NCBI RefSeq assembly: GCF_009914755.1
Contig: NC_060930.1
Origin: the human T2T-CHM13v2.0 reference genome, Homo sapiens
Strand: one strand, 5' to 3'
DNA: 64,000 bases
Shown here: positions 17,155 to 29,309 of the stretch, in pieces
Layout: each line of letters opens with the position of its first letter
Numbering within the stretch: position 1 is the first letter of the stretch
Translations under genes and position numbers: made by a program
Notes under the pieces: model-generated
The model's database searches: none
What the model saw: only the letters and a program-made list of their open reading frames with translations
Told to the model about the DNA's origin: nothing

Positions 17155-17357
17155 GAAACATGCCCAAAATATAGTAAGTGACAAAAGACCAAAAAAAAAA
17201 AAAAAAAAAGATTAAAAAAACTCGCATTTTCAAGTAGGGTGACTATCATCTTTCATTTTTGCACTTGTTCTCTTTTCAGGGTATTTTCAAATATATTATG
17301 TCAAATATAGCACGGAATGTAAATTTTAAATAAGAAAAAAGAACTGGTGATTTTTGC

Positions 17358-18665
17358 TGTGTTAGTCTGCTTGGACTGTGGTATGGTTTGAATTTGTCTA
17401 TAAGATCTCATGTTTTGGAAACTTAATCTCCTAACTTGTATGTTTATGGTATTTGGGGGTACGACCTTTAGAAGATAATTAGAATTAGATAAGGTCATCG
17501 TGTTGCGGCCCTCATGATTGAACTGGTGGCTTTATAAGAAGAAAAGAAAGGGGAATGGCCAAGATGGCTGAGTAGAAACAGCGCCTATCTGCAGCTCCCA
17601 CTGAGACGAACAAAAAGGTGAGTGATTTCTGCATTGCCAACTGAGGAACCCAGGTTTTTTCTTTGGAACTGATTAGGCAGTTGGTGCAACCCACGGGGAG
17701 CAAGGGAAAGCAGGATGAGGTGACAGCTTCACCTGGCAGCTGCACGTTGCAAAGGGACCTTCCTTTCCCCAGCCAAGGGAGGAGGTGAGGGAATGTGCTG
17801 CCTACCCGGGGCACGATGCTTTTCCCATGGATTTTTGCAACGCGTGGGTCAAGAGATTCCCTCGTGAGCCTACACTACCAGGGCCTTGGGCCCCAAGCAC
17901 AAAACTGGGCAGACTCATGGCATAGCTGCTCTGTTGGGCGTCTGTTTGGGCAGGCACTGAGCTGCAGGAGTTTTTACATAATCTGGCGGCTCCCAGAACT
18001 CCAGAGGCAGAAGATCTGTCCATTCTTGTGTAAAGGGGCCTGAGGCCAGGGAGCCAAGCAGCCTTGCTCAGCGGGTCTCACTCCCATGGATCCCCGCCAG
18101 CTAAGACCTACTGGCTTGGAATCCCGGCTGGCCAGTACAGCAGCCTGGAGTCTGCCTAAGATGACTGAGTCTCTGGCGGGAGAAGCGACCGCCATTACTG
18201 CAGCTCTAGTCGGTGGTTTCTCCCTGCCAGGGCTAGGGAGCCTGGGTGGTTTGGACTAGGCAGTATTCCCCCACAGCACAGCACAGCACAGTGGCTGTGG
18301 CAGATTGTGGCCAGACTGCTTCTGTAGGTGGGACCTGGATCCATCTTCCTCACTGGGCAGGGCTATATTTGAAGATGAGGCCTCTAGGAGTGTAATTAAG
18401 GTTAAATTAGGTCAAAATTATTAGCTTCCGTATAGGAAAAGACACTAGAAAGTGTTTCTCATTCACCTGCCTTGTGAAAACACAGTTAGAAGGCTGCTGT
18501 CTGCAAGCTACAAAGAGGACCCTCACTAAAAACCAACCCTGCCAGACCTTTACCTTCTAGCTTCTGGAACTAAAAGACAATAAATTTCTATTGTTTAACT
18601 CCACTGGGAGTTAAGGCTTCAGCATATAAATTCTGGGGGGACACACAAACATTGAATCTGCAGCA
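17358..18665. mobile_element. Composite of MaLR LTR pieces (MST/MLT1A-like) in both orientations, split by an L1 5'UTR
   Basis: 17378-17549 plus-strand MST-like 5' half; 18362-18602 plus-strand MLT1A-like middle; 18605-18665 minus-strand MLT1A-like terminus. Confidence 0.7.
17550..18363 (+). mobile_element. Orphan L1 5'UTR (older L1PA8-PA13 type), no ORFs or 3' end
   Basis: Starts ggggaatggccaagatggc (YY1-site-containing L1 5' end), then gcagctccca, gtgagtgatttctgcatt..aactgagg. Confidence 0.85.
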
Positions 18666-19314
18666 GTTACTTAAGAGTACAATTTTTAAGCACCAATGGT
18701 AGGTCATCTCCTTCTGTATAATAAAAAAGAAGAGGGAATGATCAACTGCAGACGAAGGACAAAGGCACTGTTCCTTCCTTTTTTCTACTTTTCTGAGCTC
18801 TGATTTTATTTACCATAGCTTTAGGTTAATAGGAAAAACTACAGTTTTTACTTAAAATATCAAAAGTTCATGTTAGTGCTCTTTTTCTCTCTCTATAAAA
18901 TACTGAACAATTTCAATCTTGTAATAAACACACTAATTATGTATAAGCAATGGGGCAGATAGGCCAAATTAACAGTTTACTACCATCCTCTTAATTACTA
19001 TACCTGGGAGATAGTTATTATGTCTTTTTAAAGGCGCATCCTGGTACAGGCAGTGAGTTAAGCACTTTCTACGCACCTTACCCAATTTAATTCTAACAAC
19101 TACCCTCCCAGACAGAATTATAAGCTATCTACAACATTTTCTGGTTATGGAGGAAAATGAGATATTAAAATCAGATCATTTTTAGAGGTGTTGGAAATAG
19201 TGTTGAGATGCACATGTGTGCAATGGTTTAGTGTATAATTGTCTGGAATTGGGGTATTGATCATTTCAAGTAATCTTCAATTCTATCTTATCCTCTCCTG
19301 CCTGTTATACTTAG

Positions 19315-19453
19315 GATTTTTTGGGAGGTATCTTGCGTCTGTTGAGAGATGGCTTCAGGAGGAAGCTATATAGGTATATGACTTTAAGGAAGAAATTAGT
19401 TGGAATGCAGGTATCTAAAATCTACCTTCTTCTTGGGAAGGCCGACTCTTCAG
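19315..19453 (+). other. Candidate exon in unique sequence
   Basis: Pyrimidine tract + ttag acceptor; CAG|GTAAGT consensus donor; one frame open throughout (DFLGGILRLL...KADSS). Confidence 0.35.
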
Positions 19454-20285
19454 GTAAGTATGATTATCATTGTTAAAATATTTATCAAATGTCACACACT
19501 GCTTCAGGGTGCTATAAAAATCTCAGTGTTTAGGACTCCACAACATGGGAGAAAAAAAAAAAAGATTAGAAGCATTCTCCTGCACAGAGGTCCTACAGTA
19601 GAGCCACAGAGTTGATCACTATGTTTCTCGATGTTTGCACTTCTAGTTACCATAGTTCCTGGCACAATAAAGATTGCCTGAGAAAGCATATGTTTTGGAA
19701 ACTGTGACCCTTTTTACTGTGTACTTCTCTAAGCTGCGTAAAATCAGGTGATGAAAAGCAAAAAGAAAATTAGAAAATAAATCCTGAGGGTGGATGAGGA
19801 GGTTTATTTCTTTATTTCCTAAGGATTAGCTGTAGTCTCTGTTGTTGTTGCCTTCCTTTTCAAAACTGTAACAAATATAGTCAGCTGATGAAATTCTTAG
19901 AGGGTCTTTAAAGACTCTTTAATGGAAAAACAACGCCTGTGTTTCTAGGATGCCTAAGTGGAAAATCAGCACCTGCTGCTTAGGGAATTGAGAAACATTT
20001 AAAGGTTAGCTGTTTCATTACATAGCAATCTGAATCATTGGCTATACATTTTCAGTCGAACACCCATGATGCTTTACAATGCCAGGCATGCTAGCCATTT
20101 AGCAATTATATTATGGTCACAACTATTTCATGTAGAGCTCAGCTCTAAAGAAAATGATGAAATCAGAACAAAAGAAAGGCACATTTGGGATTTCTGGTCC
20201 AATTGAATTAAAACATGTCAATGTTTGATGGCAGCATAGTACCTCTTCTGCATTTTACCTTCTATAGAAAGAGAAGACCTTATGT

Positions 20286-20790
<505 letters not shown>

Positions 20791-21443
20791 CTGATAAGGG
20801 TGCATCATTTATGATGATTTTTGTTAAAATTTTAAAAAAAAGACACCCTCAGTCAATGAACTGGTGCCTATATCTGTCTCTCACCACCTCCAGGTCTTTA
20901 ACTTGGATGATATAAGTGACCTCCAGGAAAAGTTAGTGCCCTTCACCCTCCTTCCCCATGGCCCCCACCATGGGGGCTGCATTTTTCTTGCCAGTAGGAG
21001 CAACCCTTCTTCTCCTACCTGAGAATATTAGATTCTCTCCTGCCTCTACTGATGTATTTACAAGGGACTGATTATCCTCATCAGGAGCTTCTCCCAAATA
21101 CCTGCCATCGCTTCTAGACCTATTACTAAACTGAAGTTGCAGGCTCCAGAGAGCAAGGTAAAAAGTGTTACCCAAATGGAAGTGTGATATATACTAAAAT
21201 ATTTGCAGTATTTTGCCAATTTGTATAAACAGAAATCTGGGAAACATGTGGGAGTAGATCTTGAAGGTGTTGAATCGGGGTAGAACAAATATAATGCTGG
21301 CCTGGGCTGAATTTATTAATATGGGTTCACTAGTTCAGATTCTGGGTTCAATATATCAGCTTGAGCATTTGGGAGTGGCTCTTATTTGGCTTGATTGTGA
21401 CCAAAACCTGAATCCAAAGGCAATATATACTAAATGAAGGTGA

Positions 21444-21850
<407 letters not shown>

Positions 21851-22997
21851 TCACCTACCTCTTAAACATGTGCTTTGAGAGGGTCCAGAGGACAATTCTT
21901 TCACCAAGGTGGTGGAAGATAAACTTGTGAGGGGAGCTTCAGCATCATTGAAGACTTCTGCGGTGCTTATTCTTTGTAGGCCAGGAATAGTGGACCTGCC
22001 AATCAACTTGGCTTCCTTATTCATGGCTATGATGGAAAGGAGTGGCAGGGACCAGGATGAGTCATTGAATCTCCAGAATTAAGGTGGTTATCATAATGGG
22101 CAACAAAAGGAAGTAATAATCAAAACAGTTTAACCCACAGACATTTTTTGGCATTGACTGATTGATCATGAATTACCTAAAACTGAAATAGATAGGGAGC
22201 CTTTAAAGTCTTTCTGGATTTATTGATGCTGAGAAGCTCTAGGTCTGGTGGATAGAAGTCTGACTTGAATCATCACAATACAGAGTTGCAGTTCCCAATC
22301 AATTCCCAGATTTGAGCCAGCTCATGACCTACAGTTCTGTAAATGGAAGAGAGGCCATTTACCTTGAGAAAAGACCCTGCTTCATGCCAAAAATTTGTAC
22401 TGAAAATCTTCCTCCTACTCTTCCCCAAGTGGACCTGCAGCCATTTTCCAAGTTGACTGTGCATTGGGGAAAGGGGACTAATGAAACTTTCTGGATATTA
22501 CTGGATACTCACTGCTGATACTAATTTCTATAGACCCAAAATACTACTGGGTCCACCAGTCAGAGTAAGACCAGTTTTAGCTCAGGTTTTTCTCATAGTG
22601 AGTCAGGTGGGTCTCAGAAACCACTGTGTGGTTTATTTCTTCAGTTCCAGAATGCAGAGTTAGGTCAGAGATACTTGGCGCCTGGAAGAATCTCTACATT
22701 GATTCCCTACTCCATGGAATTAAGGCTATTATGGTGGGAAAGGCCAAGTAGAAGCCATTAGAACTGTCTCTACCTACCAATAGTAAGCCACTGTTTCTGT
22801 AAAAGGTATAGACATTATCACAATAATCAAGGGCTTAAGAACGCAGGACAGTCATTCCTACAGCATCCTCCTTCAAACTGCTATTTGGTCCTGTACAGAA
22901 GATAATGGGTCTTGGAGAATAATGCCAAATTATCGTAAATGTAACCAATTACAACTGCTATTCCAAATATGATTTCACGGCTGGAGCTATCAAGAAT

Positions 22998-24610
22998 TGT
23001 GAAGTGTCTGAGGTTTTACTATATTTGCAAGGTAATAAGTTAGCATACTATAGTTTTATACATGCTGGCAGATGATATGAGACTCCTTCATCAGAGACTG
23101 TAGCCTTTGTATGATTCACATCACAGCAAACAGCATGAGTTTCATGTTTGCATTGGTTCTCCTTGCTTCAAAAGTCTCATAAAGCAATGTGGAGGACCCT
23201 GGGTGAAATCTGAACATTCAGTGGATTTATGTTAGAGCTGAGGATCCCTAAGCTTAGGGAACCTTGACCTTTTAAAAGTATTGCTGGTAAACCTGTCCAA
23301 TGTTTTCTCTGGAAGAAGACATTTTCTTTACTATCTTATACAACAAACAAATCTGTGCTCTTTCTCAGAGGGAGACACTATTTCTATCTTCCAAGGTGTT
23401 TTGCTAAGCAAACTTTTTTTAAAAAATTTTTATTTATTTTATTTTAAGTTACAGGATACTTGTGCAGGACGTGCAGGTTTGTTACACAGATAAACATGTG
23501 CCATAGTGGTTTGCTGCACCTATCAACCCATCACCTAGGTATTAAGCCCAGCATGCATTAGCTATTTATTCTGATGCTCTCCCTCCCCCTACCCCACCCC
23601 CTGACAGGCCGTGGTTTGTGTCATTCCCCTCCCTGTATCCATGTGTTCTCATTGTTCAGCTCCCATTTATAAATGAGAACACGCAGTGTTTGGTTTTCTG
23701 TTCCTGAGTTAGTTTTCTGAGGATAATGGCTTCCAGCTCCATCCGTGTCTCTACAAAGGACATAATCTCATTTCTTTTTATGGCTGCATAGTATTCCATG
23801 GTGTATACGTGCCACATTTTCTTTATCCAGTCTATCATTGATGGGCATTTAGGTTGATTCCATGTCTTTGCTATTGTACATAGCAAATATGTGTGCATGT
23901 ATCTTTATAATAGAATGATTTATATTCCTTTGCATATATACCCAGTAATGGGATTGCTGGGTCAAATGGTATTTCTGGTTCTAGATCCTAGAGGAATTGC
24001 CACACTGTCTTCAACAGTGGTTGAACTAACTTACACTCCCACTGACAGTGTAAAAGTGTTCCTGTTTCTCCACAGCCTCACCAGCATCTGTCGTTTCTTG
24101 ACTTTTTAATCACTATTCTGACTGATGTTAAATGGTATCTCATTGTGGTTTTGATTTGCATTTCTCTAATGGTCAATGATGTTGAGCTTTTATTTGTGTG
24201 TTTGTTGGCCACATGTATGTCTTCTTTTGAGAAGTACCTGTCCATGTCCTTTGCCCACTTTTTGATGGGGTTGCTTGCTTTTTTCTTGCAAATTTGCTTA
24301 AGTTCCTTGTAGATTCTGGATATTAGACCTTTGTCAGATGGATAGATTGCAAAATTTTTCTCCCATTCCATAGGTTATCTGTTCACTCTGATATAGTTTC
24401 TTTAGCTGTGCAGAAGCTCTTTAGTTTATTCAGGTATCGTTTGCCAGTTTTTGCTTTTGTTGCAATTGCTTTTGATGTTTTTAAGCAAACATTCTTGAAA
24501 AGATAGTGCATAACAAAACGTAATACATAATGTGTAGAAATGTGAGCGATCCCTAGAGAATTGTCTCTCAACAGGAGCAAATCAACACATATCACCTGAC
24601 ACATGGCACA
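22998..24610 (-). mobile_element. ERVL-class LTR (MER76-like) inserted in HERV-L pol and split by an L1
   Basis: Starts tgtgaagtgtctgaggttttac..gcaag..aagttagc; continues after the L1 at 24482. Confidence 0.55.
23414..24481 (-). mobile_element. 5'-truncated L1PA8A/PA10-type
   Basis: 3'UTR cacctaggtattaagcccagcatgcattag; ORF2 C-terminal peptides; TSD taagcaaac at 23405-23413 and 24482-24490. Confidence 0.9.
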
Positions 24611-24685
24611 TAGCAATTGAACTGATGGATGCCTTTTTGCCTATATTTGTTAGTAAAGACAATTAAGAGCAATTGCATTCAGATG

Positions 24686-25060
24686 GTGTGAAGGTAAATT
24701 TTATCTGTCATCTTGGCTAGGCTACTGCCCAGTTATTTTGTCAACCACTAGTAAAGATGTTGCTGTGAAGCTATTTTATAAACATGGCAAACATTTGCAA
24801 TCAGTTGATTTCAAGTACAGAAGATTACCTTTCATGAAATGGGTGCATTCCATACAATCAGTTGAAGTCCTTAAGAACAAGAATTGAGGTTTCTTGGAAA
24901 ATAAGGAATTCTGTCTCAATTCTGTAATGTAAAAACACTGCCAGTTTCCCACCTGCTGGTCTGCCCTGCAGATTTAAGATTCAAGACTGCAACGCCAACT
25001 CTTACCTAAATTTCCAACCTGTAATCTTGCCCTATAGATAGACTTTCCAGCTCCCAAAGT
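24686..25060 (+). mobile_element. MLT2-family LTR (HERV-L LTR type), partial
   Basis: tgtgaaggtaaattttatctgtca..aatcagttgaagtccttaag..ggaattctgtctcaa. Confidence 0.75.
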
Positions 25061-25139
25061 CTCATAATTTTAAATTATTGTATGATAGTTTAGTATTATC
25101 TGTACTCTGGAAGTTATTTATGTATACTGTATCTGTATA

Positions 25140-25326
25140 ATGGAACTACTACATATTGATGTGCAACCGCCTACCTCTTCTTAACTCTGTGTTCAGTGAT
25201 ATCACATTTGCTGGGATAAAACTGGCCATGGTGGGAGTATTAATACCATAGAAACTAGCAAAATCTATGTAAGGGCTTTTTCCCCTTTGGAGAACTGGTT
25301 GCTAAACATTTATCAGTGAACCACTT
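25140..25326. mobile_element. hAT DNA transposon relic (MER63-like)
   Basis: ctctgtgttcagtga..ggccatggtgggagtatt..ctggttgctaaacattta..ccact. Confidence 0.6.
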
Positions 25327-25564
25327 CTTATAGCTCAGTGTTTAAATTACAGAATATCAAAGGGAGAGTGTGACTCAGCTACGAGAAGAATAAATACTAC
25401 CCCAAAATATACAAAGAAATTTTATAGACCCTTGAGAAGTTTAACATATTTTCAGTTTTACAAAGGATAGTTGCATTATATGAGGCAGAAGCATAATTTA
25501 TTTTTATTTGGCAATTAGGTATGGTTAAAAGAAGTATGGTTGGGCCACATTGATAAGAGTGGTT

Positions 25565-26233
25565 AGTGGTGGCTTTATACTTTGTTAACCTAGCTAAGCT
25601 GGAACTACATTTACAAGAATTCCCTTTCCCATATAGTTCTGTTTAGGGTTGGTGACAAGAAAAATTTGCATGAGATTTGGGAGGCATAAGTAAAGCATCA
25701 GTTGCATTTGTGTTCAGATGTTTTGTGTTCAGTCAGGTTCTGCTGCAGTTCACACACATTGTCTCTGCTCCAGTTCACACACATTGTCTCTGCTCTGTTG
25801 GCTCACATTAGTGGCATGGGACGGCAGCCAAGCCTACAGCTACTTCAACTGCTGATGAAACACCTTATTTAGCTCCTCCTAATCCTATGCCAGGTATGTG
25901 GCCTAAATCTACGACAAAGAGTGTTAGCTTCCTCTGCAAGTCACCCACAATGTTGAAATTGAGGCCTGAATGTAGCAAAAGATAGATACAAGTTTTAGTT
26001 CATATTCATGAGCTTCAGCTCATCCTTGCAGGTTTCAGTTCATTCTTGCTCTCCCCACTTCACATTTCCCATTCATCCTTCTTTCCAGTCCAGCATCAGA
26101 TATAGAAGCAACATCCTTATATAGAATCGTTACTAGCTCTCACAATTGCTAGGGGCTCAATATCAAACCCTTATGATAAACTTTATTCTATATCACTTAT
26201 AGTGGATCTCTTTTCTGATTGAATCCTGATACA
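25565..26233 (+). mobile_element. Old ERVL LTR (MLT2E/F-like)
   Basis: ctagctaagctggaactaca..gaattccctt start; tctgattgaatcctgataca end. Confidence 0.55.
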
Positions 26234-26239
26234 GGGAGG

Positions 26240-26810
26240 CAATTAGGGTTTGAACTAATAGGCCATGATAAAGAGTGTGGATTTTATTCTTAATGCATTA
26301 AGAATCTTTTGGATAGTTTTTGGCAGCATGCAGTAATGTGAATGAATTGAGGACAGTCATAGGTATAAGCAAGTTGAGCAGTTCTATATCAATAGTCTAA
26401 ATGAGAAATGGTAGTAAATTGGACTAGGAAGATGGTAGTGTAGCTAGAAAGAAATGGATATATTAATACATTATTTGAGGTAGGGATAGTATGACTAGCT
26501 GATGAATTGGATTTGGGTGATAAGGTAAAGAAAAGAATCAAGAATGACCTCTAGGTTTTCAGCTTGAGCAAGTAGGTGGATAATAATGCCATTCATTAGC
26601 TCTAAAAGACTGGAGGAAAACAGACAGAAAGTTCTGTTTTGGAATTGTTAAATCTGAGAAGCATATTTGAGATCTGTGTAGTCAATAAGATATAAGAAAT
26701 CTGGATCATGAGAGAGTTCAGTGCTGAAAATACAAATCTGGAAATTTTCAGCATAGATATGTGAAGTCTAGAAATTGGATAAAGTCATTCAGGGAGAAAG
26801 TGAATAAATA
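26240..26810 (-). mobile_element. L2
   Basis: ggattttattct; gaatcaagaatgacctctaggttttcagcttgagcaa; agttctgttttgga. Confidence 0.8.
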
Positions 26811-27494
26811 TTATGATTCAGTTATGGCATAATAATTGAGTAGAGAGCATTAGCTTATTTTTTTAACAGTTCGCCATGCACTCATAGGTCACTGGTGATT
26901 AAACAAGACAATTCCAAGTACCCTTCCACCCACATTATAATTCTTTGACTTTCAGAATAAATATTGAATGATATAAGGTGATGATAATGGTAACTCCAAT
27001 ATAAATAACCATTATTAATATTAATTAACTTTATAAGAGAAACAATCGTGATATAATTGATGTTATTCACTATTCCTTGCCTTATTAGAAAGGTATGTGA
27101 TACGGCTTACATAGATAGAAGTACATTAAGCATCAAATTATAACAGCCAGGGACTATTAGAGTTTCTGGTTTTTGTCCTGGGAATAAAGGCAATGTGTGT
27201 TTGTTTGAAAAGCTGTCCTAAAGTTGACTTAGAAAAAAATACCAGCTTACTCTTGTTTACTGTCTACAGAAGCAATTCACTTCATGCCAGTTGTTAGTCT
27301 TGGGTGAATGGGCAAGTTGCTCTTTCCATTTCTGCACTAAGATTATAAAAATGTAGCACCACTTGAAACCAGTCCTGTAGCTTCTTGTATTCAATGACAG
27401 ACTTAGGGATAAGTATAAAAGCAATTACTGGGGGGACCAGAATCTTGACTTTCCATTTTGGCATTGGAATGATTATATATCATCGAGGAGATGC

Positions 27495-27700
27495 AATGTA
27501 GTGAGGCTTTGGAGTCAGAGTTCTGGGTGAAAATTTTGGGTCTATTACCATTTGGTTGTGTGACCTTAGGGTAAGTTGTCCATCCCCTTTGAGTCCCAGT
27601 TTCTTCACCAAAATGAGAATAACAATAACTAACTTCTAGAAATATTTTACTAAACAAAATACTGTGCCTAGTACACTCTTTGCAAATACTCAAGGTTCAC
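27495..27700 (+). mobile_element. MIR
   Basis: ggctttggagtcaga..tgtgtgacctt..agtttcttca..aaaatgagaataacaata. Confidence 0.8.
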
Positions 27701-27789
27701 CAGCTATCATTTATTGTTCATGTTTAGCCAGTTATATCTATTCTGTTTAAGTCTCTGATCTTCCATCATACCTCAAATCCCACAGATGA

Positions 27790-27853
27790 CCTTCTCTTCT
27801 TCCTCCTTCTCCTCTTCCTCCTCTTCTCCTCCCGCCCCCTTCTTCATCTCCTT
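27790..27853. repeat. CT-rich low-complexity tract
   Basis: (cct/ctt)n run. Confidence 0.8.
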
Positions 27854-27859
27854 GAGGCA

Positions 27860-28622
27860 TGTGTTAGTTATCTATTTGTTGCCTCTCAGTTTTAGATCTA
27901 TCCTTCATTGCCCTGCTTGTGATTCTGAAGCATGTTTTCATTATCAGCTGGCACAATGTTAAATTTTGTCACTAGAGGGCACTGGATGTATGCTGGAGGA
28001 TGAAAGGGCTTTTCTTCTGGTTCCTAGTGTGCTCTGCGCGATTGCTATTGCAGTGCATGAGTCAGGAGCATATAGGACAATTGGCTGATACTTACTTCCC
28101 CATGGGCAGCATTCCCTAGCACCCCAGGGGATTGCTTCCTATTGGGCCACCCCTATGGGTAGTTTCTCAGTGAGCTCTGCAGCATGGCATCTTTCTGTGG
28201 GCAGCTTCACCTAGCAACCAAGGAAGTAGTTTCCCAGCTCACCATCTCTGTGGGAGGCTTTGCAGTGAGTTCTGAGGTACAACACCTTGTTGAGGGCTTC
28301 CTTCAGCATCCCAGAAGGCAGCTTCTCAGTAAGTTCTACCAGCATGGCATCTGCATGAACTTCCACACAGGTGGATGGTGTCCTTCCCAGTGAAAGTTTG
28401 GATTTCAGCTCTGGAGGCCTCTTCTGTATTTGATGCATGCCTAGGTGCTGTGCTTCAGTGCTAGAGGTATTGATTGCTATGTATGTTTTCTATGTATTTA
28501 TCCTTTAAGCTTGTCTTTATCTATTAGTAGGTAATTCCCGTTTATAGTTAATAATTTTTTATATTAAACTTCCCCTGTTCAAATTACTGTGTGGTTCTGT
28601 CTCCTGATCGGAATCTGATAGA
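27860..28622 (+). mobile_element. LTR33-like ERVL solo LTR
   Basis: ttgcctctcag..ttttgtcactagagggcactgg; end attaaacttcccctgttcaaattactgtgtggttctgtctcctga. Confidence 0.7.
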
Positions 28623-28624
28623 TA

Positions 28625-29110
28625 TAAGATACAACTTACATGCAATGAAATGCTCAGATCTTAAGTGAACTCTTCCCTTTCACTCAGTACAATGTTGAGA
28701 TTCATCCCTGTTGCATGCATATCTATGTCTCTATTATCTATCTATCTAATTATCTATTTATAATCTATTTTTCCTTTATATTACCAACTAGTATTTCATT
28801 GTATAACTGTATCACATTTTGCTGATCCATTCACCTGTTGATGGACATCAGGGTTGTTTCTAGTTTTTGGCTATTATATGTAAAGTTGCCATGAAACTTC
28901 TTGTGGAATCTTTTTGCTGTCATAAGATTTCATTTCCCTTAAACAAATACCTAGGAGTAGAACTTCTGGGATGTGGGGGGTGATGTATGTTTCATTTTTT
29001 TACGGAACTTCCAGTTTTTCAAAGTGGTTGCATCGTTATATTCTCCTATCATGAATGTCTGAGATCCTGGTTGCTCTGTGTCCTCTTCAATATGTTGTGT
29101 TTTCACAGCT
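28625..29110 (-). mobile_element. Old L1M 3' fragment
   Basis: ttgagattcatcc..gttgcatg; atccattcacctgttgatggaca..gttgtttctagtttttggctatta. Confidence 0.75.
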
Positions 29111-29309
29111 CTTCTTTGAGACAGCAAGGGCTGATAACCCAGATTAGATGAAAGCTGGTGTGCTGTCCTTGGCCTGCTTGCTCTCAGATTTGTTCTTTGT
29201 CTTTTCACATTCCTCATGACCGTTCTGCAATCTATTCTTTGGGAATGATTACCTACTTACAACTCTACTATTTTATAACTTTACCATCCTCTATGCTCCA
29301 ACCACTTTT

